From an uncultured Ruminococcus sp. (GTDB lineage Bacteria; Bacillota; Clostridia; Oscillospirales; Acutalibacteraceae), in the NCBI GenBank assembly GCA_944412525.1, contig CALYBM010000077.1, positions 27,044 through 91,043 on the forward strand: 64,000 nucleotides of DNA, written 5' to 3'. Positions 18,368 through 25,262 of this stretch are shown here, piece after piece. Position 1 is the first letter of the stretch. Each line of letters starts with the position of its first letter. Position numbers and translations under genes: made by a program. The notes under the pieces were generated by a model. It ran no database searches and had not been told where the DNA came from. It worked only from the letters and a program-made list of their open reading frames with translations.

Positions 18368-19774
18368 ATGGAAATTCCACACAGCAAATTTAAAATTGAC
18401 ATTAATAGTATCAATGCTCCGCTGCAAAGATTAATCGAGAGCGTAAACGATGAATCAGTCCGATATGTTGATGTTGAATTATACTGCAATTCAATGCTTA
18501 TAACATTGTCAAGCTCGTGCACTGCCAAAGCCGCATTTGTGACAGATGGGATACTGATAAACGATAATGTGAATTGCTCCTTAAATGATGATAATACGGC
18601 AATTGTCGTGCCGATAGATAAATCTGTCATTGAAAACAGCCGCAGCGGATTGATGTCCGTTGAAGTGACTGTTACTGACGGAGAACAGAATTTGACATTG
18701 CCGTTTGCTTTTAAAGTAAAGGTAAAAGATTCTATTGTTAATAATGCAGGGATTAATAGTAATTCAGTCGGTACAATCGCCGACATAGTAAAAGAAATTG
18801 CGGCAGCTCGTGGCAGTTTTCAAAATTTGAATTATAGATTTAATAATAATGAGCAGGATATTGCGAAAAAAGAAAATCTGTCTAACAAGGTTTCAACAGT
18901 GGATTTTCAAAATCCAAGCGAGAGCAATTATCCAAGTATTGCGGCACTATATAACTACCATAACAATTATGTAGCCCCGTGTTATGAGGATATTGAAAAT
19001 CTCGGTAACGATAAAGTCGACAAGTCGACTACGCTTTCCGGCTACGGCATAACCGACGCATACACAAAGGAGCAGGCAAAAAAAATTTTCGGGCTTAATG
19101 TGTCCGTGGTGTTTGACGAAAACAATAATCCATTAAATTACACCGAATCAAACAGGATTTCAGCAGGCTCGTTTGCGACGGGAAACAAAAGTATCAAGAC
19201 TGCGTTCATAGCAAAAAATCTCCGATATATCGGCAGCGGAGCATTTGCAAATTGCAGTAACCTCACTGATGTGTACATTGATAATCCGTCAGAGTTAGTA
19301 ACGATTGATTCCGGAGCAATTCCGTCAACGGCAGTGATTCATTACAATTCGGATTTTAATGATAATAAAAATCTGATAGTTTCGCTGATAAACTTAAATT
19401 CACTGCTTTCAAAAAAGTATGACTCGTCAAACATCGAAGCGGGAAGTGGTTCTCTTACGGTTTACACGCCTGCGGCTGTTGAATCAAATCTTGTAAAGTC
19501 ATCCACATTCAGATACCAAAAAACAGGCAACACCGCAAATATATTTTTCAGCATAGTTTTTAATGAAGGATCAATCAGCTATTTGCAGTTTACGGGACTT
19601 CCGTTTATAGCCAAAAATGAAAGCGACCAAAACCGTCACATTGCGGCGACAAATAAGCAAACGCAGGTTATTCTTTATCCCGTAGGAAGCTGGCTAACGC
19701 TTAATTTCGGCGGTACAAAAACATTTTCGCAGGACGAAACGCTAAACGGCGTTATAACAATGCTTGTAAGCTAA
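18368..19774 (+). CDS. BppU-type baseplate/receptor-binding protein with a BspA-like LRR insert
   Basis: N-terminal BppU-like domain; fibre motif TTLSGYGITDAYTK; LRR LRYIGSGAFANCSNLTDVYI; beta-rich C-terminus. Confidence 0.65.
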   Translation: MEIPHSKFKIDINSINAPLQRLIESVNDESVRYVDVELYCNSMLITLSSSCTAKAAFVTDGILINDNVNCSLNDDNTAIVVPIDKSVIENSRSGLMSVEVTVTDGEQNLTLPFAFKVKVKDSIVNNAGINSNSVGTIADIVKEIAAARGSFQNLNYRFNNNEQDIAKKENLSNKVSTVDFQNPSESNYPSIAALYNYHNNYVAPCYEDIENLGNDKVDKSTTLSGYGITDAYTKEQAKKIFGLNVSVVFDENNNPLNYTESNRISAGSFATGNKSIKTAFIAKNLRYIGSGAFANCSNLTDVYIDNPSELVTIDSGAIPSTAVIHYNSDFNDNKNLIVSLINLNSLLSKKYDSSNIEAGSGSLTVYTPAAVESNLVKSSTFRYQKTGNTANIFFSIVFNEGSISYLQFTGLPFIAKNESDQNRHIAATNKQTQVILYPVGSWLTLNFGGTKTFSQDETLNGVITMLVS

Positions 19775-19786
19775 GGAGGTTACATT

Positions 19787-20032
19787 ATGGAAATCAAAGA
19801 AAAAATTACGCTTGATATGCTGACATCCGACAGCGTCTCAATCTTAAAGCAGCAGTACATAACGATAGACGGAACGGACATAAAGGTTGGTGACAACATT
19901 CGCAACGCCTATATGAATACTCAGACCGACAGGGAATATTTGCAGAAAGTTTTGCCCGAAGACTACTATAACGCCGTGCTTGCGGTATGGGGTGACGCTC
20001 CAACTGTTACAGAACCTGCGGAGGGCGAGTAA
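19787..20032 (+). CDS. Small tail-fibre-associated protein
   Basis: RBS AAGGAGG; MEIKEKITLDMLT..SVS...NAVLAVWGDAPTV; follows the fibre gene. Confidence 0.6.
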   Translation: MEIKEKITLDMLTSDSVSILKQQYITIDGTDIKVGDNIRNAYMNTQTDREYLQKVLPEDYYNAVLAVWGDAPTVTEPAEGE

Positions 20033-20033
20033 A

Positions 20034-21305
20034 TTGAAAGTTTTTGATAAAGTCACTCAAATTTTCACTTATGAAAATAACTATATCTTAAAGGAAACCG
20101 TTCAAAATGAGGGCGGAGTAAAATGTTTTGATTTTCAACTTTTACACGACAGATTGAGAAAATCTGTTGTTGACATTTCAAATGCAGTAGAAGTTATCTA
20201 TTGTGCAACAAAGCCCGACGGCACTCTCATAAGAAACAGCCTTGAAGTAGTTGACCCTGCTCAGAGTGTTGTCAGGCTGCAAGTCACAAGCGGTATGACT
20301 GCTTGCAGCGGAACGATTGACGGCTGCATCGAGGTTATATATGACGATCAAGAAAACCTCCGTTTTCATAATATTGACATCAAGGTTTGGAAAGCCTCAA
20401 GCAACGCAGGGGTTGAAAGCACCAATGAATTTCAAGTCTTAGAAAAAGCAATTTCAGACGCAAATAAAGCCCTTGAGATAGCTCAGGGGCTTGAAGGTAG
20501 CGGCGGAAGCTGCGAAGGCGGCAGCGGAGCTGACGGAAAGTCCGCATATGAAATCGCAGTAGAAAACGGTTTTGAGGGGACTGAGACTGAGTGGCTTGAC
20601 AGCCTTAGAGGACAGGACGGTCAGAACGGTCAAGACGGATTTTCGCCGACTGTTTCAGTTTCAGAGATTGAAAACGGTCATCAAGTTAATATTACTGATG
20701 TTAACGGATTAAAGCAGTTTGAAGTTTTAAATGGTCAAAACGGTGCGGACGGTAAAGATGGTACTGATTATGTCTTGTCAGAAGAAGATAAACAAGATAT
20801 TGCAGGACTTGTCAATGTTAGCAGCGGAAAGACTGAACAATGGGAATTAATCAATACCGTTGTGATTGACAAGGAAGTAAATGGTCTTAAAATTACGGAA
20901 GATTCGTTGGGCAACCCATTTAAACTTAAAAAGGTCAGAATAGCTTGGAAGATGAAACCTTGTGTAGAACAAACGGTTACTAATTCGTTAGCAATCGATT
21001 TTAATTCTGATTGCCCCAATGTTTGGGCTTCTTATGCCTGCAAGGTTGGAAGTTCACCCGTAAAAACAGACACTTGCCAAAATCTTATTTTAGTAGGTGA
21101 ATTTATAGGTGGGTATTTTTCTTTATTAGAATGTAGAGTTTCTCAAAACAGGACAAATGTAACTCAATTATTAAATACATCATCAGGTGAACTATATTAT
21201 CCAGAGCGTTTTCAGAAGGGAGATGCTGTGGTTATTGGCTCATACCTAAAATGCATCGGAGTTGGTTCGACTTTTTCAATCTGGGGGGTGAGAGATAGTG
21301 AGTGA
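20034..21305 (+). CDS. Second BppU-type fibre protein with a collagen-like segment
   Basis: BppU-like N-terminus; GADGKSAYEIAVENGFEGTETEWLDSLRGQDGQNGQDGFSP and GQNGADGKDGTDYVL motifs. Start TTG 20034. Confidence 0.65.
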   Translation: MKVFDKVTQIFTYENNYILKETVQNEGGVKCFDFQLLHDRLRKSVVDISNAVEVIYCATKPDGTLIRNSLEVVDPAQSVVRLQVTSGMTACSGTIDGCIEVIYDDQENLRFHNIDIKVWKASSNAGVESTNEFQVLEKAISDANKALEIAQGLEGSGGSCEGGSGADGKSAYEIAVENGFEGTETEWLDSLRGQDGQNGQDGFSPTVSVSEIENGHQVNITDVNGLKQFEVLNGQNGADGKDGTDYVLSEEDKQDIAGLVNVSSGKTEQWELINTVVIDKEVNGLKITEDSLGNPFKLKKVRIAWKMKPCVEQTVTNSLAIDFNSDCPNVWASYACKVGSSPVKTDTCQNLILVGEFIGGYFSLLECRVSQNRTNVTQLLNTSSGELYYPERFQKGDAVVIGSYLKCIGVGSTFSIWGVRDSE

Positions 21306-21810
21306 CTATAAAAAGTATGTGAATGGCGAATACATTGATATGACAGAAGAAGAAATTAAGCAACTGGAAGAAGCCGCTTATGTTCCGATAGAAAAAATTA
21401 GAGCTGATAAAATATCAGAAATGAGCAGGATTTGCAATGAAACTATCGAAAACGGCTTTGATTTGCAAATGACTGACGGAACCACTGAGCATTTCTCGTT
21501 AACAACTCAAGACCAATTAAACCTTACAACGCTATCTGCAATGATACAAAGTGGATTACAAACAATCCCTTATCACGCTGACGGTGAGCTGTGTAAATTT
21601 TATTCAGTAGAAGATATGAAGAAACTAATAGATTATGGCACTAAATTCATAACATATCAGACTACATACTTTAATAGTTTGAGAAATTATATTAACAGTC
21701 TTGAAAACGCAGACGAAATCAAGGCTGTTGAGTATAAAATGGAAATTCCTGCCGAGTATCAATCCGATGTATTAAAAATTTTGAAAGGCGATGAAAAGGC
21801 TAATGAATAA
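21298..21810 (+). CDS. Tail-fibre-associated protein (DUF4376-like)
   Basis: HFSLTTQDQLNL...YHADGELCKFYS...YQTTYFNSLRNYI. Confidence 0.6.
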   Translation: MSDYKKYVNGEYIDMTEEEIKQLEEAAYVPIEKIRADKISEMSRICNETIENGFDLQMTDGTTEHFSLTTQDQLNLTTLSAMIQSGLQTIPYHADGELCKFYSVEDMKKLIDYGTKFITYQTTYFNSLRNYINSLENADEIKAVEYKMEIPAEYQSDVLKILKGDEKANE

Positions 21811-22255
21811 AGTTAATAAAAGCGCAGTTTTATTTATAACAGGCTTTTGTCTTTACATCACGATTGAAGTTTTATACAGAGGATACTCCTATCCTCTAAT
21901 GGGTTTGTGCGGCGGTTTGGCGTTCATTCTTATTGATAAAATCAACGACAGAATTTCATGGGATATTGATATTCTCATTCAAGGGCTAATCGGCTCCGCT
22001 ATTATTACATTGTTTGAATTAATTATCGGCGAAATTTCTTTAAGAGGATATTTGCCAATGATGTGGGATTACTCTAATATGCCGCTGAACTATAAAGGAA
22101 TTATATGCTTGCCATTCAGCTTAATATGGATAGGAGTTTCTATTGTAGCGGTTTTTCTCGCAGATGCAATTAATTATTATATGCTCGGAGAAAATGAGCA
22201 AGTACCATATTACAAGCTATTCGGGAAAATAATTTTAAGATTTAAAGAAAAGTAA
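21791..22255 (+). CDS. Multi-TM membrane protein (putative ABC-transporter-permease-like family)
   Basis: LYITIEVLYRGYS..MGLCGG, ITLFELIIG, MWDYSNMPLNYKGIICLPFSLIW. Confidence 0.7.
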   Translation: MKRLMNKVNKSAVLFITGFCLYITIEVLYRGYSYPLMGLCGGLAFILIDKINDRISWDIDILIQGLIGSAIITLFELIIGEISLRGYLPMMWDYSNMPLNYKGIICLPFSLIWIGVSIVAVFLADAINYYMLGENEQVPYYKLFGKIILRFKEK

Positions 22256-22267
22256 GAGGTTAGTCTA

Positions 22268-22561
22268 ATGACAGAGATATTGCTTTATTTGGGAAGTGTT
22301 GCGGGGGCAATAACCGCAATACTTGTACTCACAGGTAGAATTCTCTCAAGATTGAAAAAATTTGCAAAACAGTTCAATATTTTGCAGGAACATACCGAAG
22401 AGAATTATCTTAACAATCTCCGTATTATAATCATGTCTCCCGATATGCCTATAGGCGAGAGACTAAAAGCAGGAGAAAAATATATTAAAAAAGGCGGCAA
22501 TGGTGAAGTAAAAGCGTTTTATAAAAAACTTTTACAAGATTATTTAGAAAGTGAGGAATAA
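22268..22561 (+). CDS. Holin-like/lysis-associated single-TM protein
   Basis: N-terminal TM; GEKYIKKGGNG motif; lies just upstream of the holin and endolysin. Confidence 0.6.
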   Translation: MTEILLYLGSVAGAITAILVLTGRILSRLKKFAKQFNILQEHTEENYLNNLRIIIMSPDMPIGERLKAGEKYIKKGGNGEVKAFYKKLLQDYLESEE

Positions 22562-22563
22562 AA

Positions 22564-22770
22564 ATGAAAACAATTTTCACAAAGGAATGTTTAGTCCGTG
22601 CAGGAAGAACATTCTTGCAGACGGCGATAGGCTACATTGTAACTAATATATCAATGTCCTTGACGGATATTGATTTTACAAACGGAAATGTTTTGCTGAA
22701 TGCTTTAATAGGACTTGCGGTCTCGGCAATTTCCGCAGGCGCATCAGCAGTAATGAATATCAGAAAGTGA
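22564..22770 (+). CDS. Holin
   Basis: RAGRTFLQTAIG...AVSAISAGASAVMN, two TM helices, directly upstream of the amidase. Confidence 0.75.
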   Translation: MKTIFTKECLVRAGRTFLQTAIGYIVTNISMSLTDIDFTNGNVLLNALIGLAVSAISAGASAVMNIRK

Positions 22771-22782
22771 GGAATAAGTATT

Positions 22783-23583
22783 ATGGCTAAAAAAATTTAT
22801 TTAAGTCCTTCAAATCAGAACAGTAACACCTATGCAACAGGGAACACAAACGAAATGGAGCAATGCAATAGAATAGCTGATTATGCAAAGAAAGCACTTG
22901 AGCGTTGTGGTTTTTCTGTAAAGAAAGCCCCCAAGGGACAGAATATGAACACATCTATAAACGAGAGTAATAGCTGGGGCGCTGAATTGCACATTCCTAT
23001 TCATACCAATGCAGGCGGCGGCAAAGGCACAGAAGTATTCATTTACAGCAACAGCGGCGAAAACAAAAAAGCAGGAAATGCTATCTACAAAAGACTCGTA
23101 GAGGTGAACGCTACAAAAACAGCAAGATATATCGGCACATACCGCTACGGAGGTACACTTGCAGAAATTCAGAATACTACGGCTATCGCTGTTTATTGTG
23201 AGTGTGAATTCCACGATAACAAGACATACGCTAAATATATTATTGATAATGCTAAGAAATTCGGTGAAGCAATTTGCAAGGGCGTTTGCGATTACTACGG
23301 CGTAAAGTACAAGTCTGAAACAACATCCTCAAAGCCGGTTTTGGAAACGAGCGGTTATAAGAAAGGAATGAACACAGACGGCTCTTTTGCTCTGAAATGC
23401 CTTTTGATGATTGGAAAGGATGTAGGTGTCCTCACTCAAGGAGTTGATAAAAACGGTATTATCGGTGACGGTTCTGTTAAAGCGTTTAATCAGTGTCTTA
23501 AGAAGTGGGGTTATGCCGAGAACGGTATAGCCGGCGATAAGTTTATTGATAAGCTGACCGCAGAAATCAGAAAGAAGATTTGA
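22783..23583 (+). CDS. Endolysin, N-acetylmuramoyl-L-alanine amidase (Amidase_3) with a C-terminal PG-binding-like domain
   Basis: IYLSPSNQ, NEMEQC, HIPIHTNA, VYCECEFHD; C-terminal VDKNGIIGDGS..WGYAENGIAGDK. Confidence 0.88.
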   Translation: MAKKIYLSPSNQNSNTYATGNTNEMEQCNRIADYAKKALERCGFSVKKAPKGQNMNTSINESNSWGAELHIPIHTNAGGGKGTEVFIYSNSGENKKAGNAIYKRLVEVNATKTARYIGTYRYGGTLAEIQNTTAIAVYCECEFHDNKTYAKYIIDNAKKFGEAICKGVCDYYGVKYKSETTSSKPVLETSGYKKGMNTDGSFALKCLLMIGKDVGVLTQGVDKNGIIGDGSVKAFNQCLKKWGYAENGIAGDKFIDKLTAEIRKKI

Positions 23584-23623
23584 TTTCTGCAAGTTACAAA
23601 TAAATTTTATAACACACAATTTC

Positions 23624-23668
23624 AAAAAATTATCCCCCTATTTTTTATTTAATAGGGGGATTTTTTTT
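23624..23668. terminator. Bidirectional rho-independent terminator
   Basis: ATCCCCCTATT/AATAGGGGGAT stem with A tract before and T tract after, between convergent genes. Confidence 0.85.
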
Positions 23669-23966
23669 AATTTATGGAATTTTCTTTTTCTGCTCTTTCA
23701 AGTAAATTTTTTAAGGTGTCACAATAACTTTTTTCATCATCGTTTAATTCGATATCTTCCTCAGCCAGTTGATAGTCTTCAAAGACTTCGACAAAAATAT
23801 ATTTTTCGTTGGCAAAAGGCACTTTTACTTGAACAATTCTCGTGATTCCATACGCTTTAAATTCTTCGCCGAACTCGTAAATATCTTCTTTTAATTCTTC
23901 AATTATTTCTTCGTTATCTCTCGAAACCTCAAAAGGAATATCGTTGTAGCTTACTTCAATGCTCAT
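23667..23966 (-). CDS. Small highly acidic hypothetical protein (99 aa)
   Basis: AAGGAG RBS before ATG 23966; about 28 D/E versus about 10 K/R; immediately downstream of the HTH gene. Confidence 0.65.
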   Translation of the reverse strand: MSIEVSYNDIPFEVSRDNEEIIEELKEDIYEFGEEFKAYGITRIVQVKVPFANEKYIFVEVFEDYQLAEEDIELNDDEKSYCDTLKNLLERAEKENSIN

Positions 23967-23967
23967 A

Positions 23968-24192
23968 TTAATCTCCTTTTTCTTCATCTTCGTCAACATA
24001 TTCAAGAATATCGCCCGGCTGACATTTTAATAGTTTACATAAATGTTCAATATTTGTCCAACTAAGGGGTTCTTGGCGCCTTAGTCTTTGTAAGGTGCTT
24101 TCTGACAAGAGTTTATTTTTCCTAATTTTATTTGTATTAAAACCATTTTTTTTCAATTCTTCTAAAACATCAATTTTATATTTTAATCCCAT
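23968..24192 (-). CDS. XRE/Cro-C1 (HTH_26-like) repressor
   Basis: LLSESTLQRLRRQE...IEHLCKLLKCQPGDILEY; RBS GGAGG. Confidence 0.88.
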   Translation of the reverse strand: MGLKYKIDVLEELKKNGFNTNKIRKNKLLSESTLQRLRRQEPLSWTNIEHLCKLLKCQPGDILEYVDEDEEKGD

Positions 24193-24222
24193 AGAATCCT
24201 CCTTATTATTTTTTCTTGTATC

Positions 24223-24349
24223 ATTGTAGCAAAATAACTACACGAAAACAAGTGTAAAAATGTACAAATTTATATATATATCTTTGTGAAAAATTACACT
24301 AAAAAAAGTGTAAAAAGTCATTGACATTACACTAAAAAAGGTGTAAAAT
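24223..24349. promoter_or_regulatory. Divergent sigmaA promoters with three TTACACT-N6-AGTGTAA operators
   Basis: Operators at 24238-24257, 24294-24313 and 24327-24346. Rightward TTGACA(24321)-N17-TAAAAT(24344); leftward TTGTTT-N17-TACAAT (24251 to 24223). Confidence 0.8.
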
Positions 24350-24382
24350 ATATACATAAGGTAAGGGAAGGCGGTGATTAAA

Positions 24383-24520
24383 TTGATTGAGAAAATAAAA
24401 AAGCTCATTAAGTTGTTGGAGCAACTTAACAAGCTTCTTTTGAAAGCTATTGAATTACTTGGAACTGCAACCTTGTTAATATTAGCAATCAAAAGTTTAA
24501 TCGAAGTTTTCGGTTACTAA
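24383..24520 (+). CDS. Small amphipathic/hydrophobic peptide (45 aa), probable type I toxin
   Basis: MIEKIKKLIKLLEQLNKLLLKAIELLGTATLLILAIKSLIEVFGY; RBS AGGCGGTGA; not in the ORF track. Confidence 0.6.
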   Translation: MIEKIKKLIKLLEQLNKLLLKAIELLGTATLLILAIKSLIEVFGY

Positions 24521-24560
24521 CCGACTGGGCGGTGTAACAACCGCCCTCCCGAAAGGGACT
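24480..24560 (-). ncRNA. Predicted antisense RNA (type I antitoxin); 3' end uncertain
   Basis: Minus-strand TTGACA(24595-24590)-N17-TATTAT(24572-24567). The transcript would start with hairpins TCCC-GAAA-GGGA, GGGCGGT/ACCGCCC and CGGTT/AACCG, overlapping the peptide's 3' end. Confidence 0.5.
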
Positions 24561-24599
24561 ATTATCATAATACAACGAATTTACAGAGGTGTCAATATT

Positions 24600-24710
24600 A
24601 TGTTTAAAAATTTAAAAAAAATAGGTTTTGAAATTATAAAATTCGTAAGCCTTGTAGTAGCTATTATTTTAATTGTTTACGGAATCATGCATTATATATT
24701 AGGCATTTAA
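24600..24710 (+). CDS. Small single-TM peptide (36 aa)
   Basis: MFKNLKKIGFEIIKFVSLVVAIILIVYGIMHYILGI; RBS GAGGTG; not in the ORF track. Confidence 0.55.
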   Translation: MFKNLKKIGFEIIKFVSLVVAIILIVYGIMHYILGI

Positions 24711-24730
24711 AAAAGTGTAGGTGAAATATT

Positions 24731-24985
24731 ATGAAAGATTACAAATTGAAAATCATCGAAAAAATGAATGAGCTCACCAAAGACTATCATTCAATCTCTT
24801 TAAGAGCAGCAGCAAATCTTGTTGGTATCAAACACTTAAAAACACAGGAATGTCACGAAATTTTAAATAGATTTTGCGAAATAAATGGCGAATACAAAAT
24901 CTATCAGCTTTCAGACAATCCACTTGATTCGTTTTTCTGCTCTGCTTTTGTAAGTGATAACGAAACCCCGCCGCTTGAAATATAG
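24731..24985 (+). CDS. Hypothetical protein (84 aa)
   Basis: RBS AGGTGA; no recognised motif. Confidence 0.55.
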   Translation: MKDYKLKIIEKMNELTKDYHSISLRAAANLVGIKHLKTQECHEILNRFCEINGEYKIYQLSDNPLDSFFCSAFVSDNETPPLEI

Positions 24986-25003
24986 CGGCTTTAATTTAGC
25001 AAA

Positions 25004-25027
25004 TTCGTGTGATATTTCGTGTGATAT
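25004..25027. repeat. Tandem TTCGTGTGATAT x2, probable integrase arm-type sites
   Basis: Exact 12-bp direct repeat about 135 bp from the att core; a long hairpin lies at 25092-25142. Confidence 0.55.
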
Positions 25028-25161
25028 TTTTATTAAAAACATTAAATTTAAGTAAAAAATATTTTATTTTAATAAAAAATATTTAATTAAAAAATCCGAT
25101 AGACAAGCCGTTTTTAGCAATTTTGGCTTATCTATCGGATTTCTGTTGTTTTAAATAATAT

Positions 25162-25187
25162 GGGTTCGACTCCCCCCATCTCCACCA
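25162..25187 (+). other. attR core = 3' end of tmRNA (ssrA)
   Basis: GGGTTCGACTCCCCCCATCTCCACCA is a T-arm plus acceptor strand plus CCA typical of tmRNA, with no matching 5' part upstream. Confidence 0.8.
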
Positions 25188-25195
25188 AACTAATT

Positions 25196-25241
25196 AATTC
25201 GAACTTTTTACCGTATTGGTGACGGGTTCGAATTTTGTTTT
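25196..25241 (+). terminator. Terminator-like hairpin downstream of the ssrA 3' end
   Basis: AATTCGAAC...GTTCGAATT followed by TTGTTTTT. Confidence 0.6.
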
Positions 25242-25262
25242 TATTGAAAGTGGTGATTTTAA

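Larger units (their letters stand above)
1..25187 (+). mobile_element. Temperate siphovirus-type (HK97-fold, cos/HNH) prophage, right portion, ending at an ssrA-derived attR
   Basis: Contiguous co-directional terminase-portal-protease-capsid-tail-lysis genes, followed by a tmRNA 3'-end copy preceded by non-tmRNA sequence. The integrase and left end lie outside the window. Confidence 0.93.

Noticed and set aside
18368-22255. Diversity-generating retroelement acting on the tail fibres
   Set aside because: No reverse transcriptase in the window and no TR/VR pair differing at adenines was seen.
24238-24492. 84-aa minus-strand ORF
   Set aside because: It overlaps the operators, promoters and the better-supported plus-strand peptide; no RBS.
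25162-25187. tRNA gene
   Set aside because: No D-arm, anticodon arm or complementary 5' acceptor strand upstream; only a 3' fragment consistent with an att core.
1-25187. Stop-codon reassignment in the prophage
   Set aside because: Genes are full length and tightly packed under code 11, using TAA, TAG and TGA as stops.
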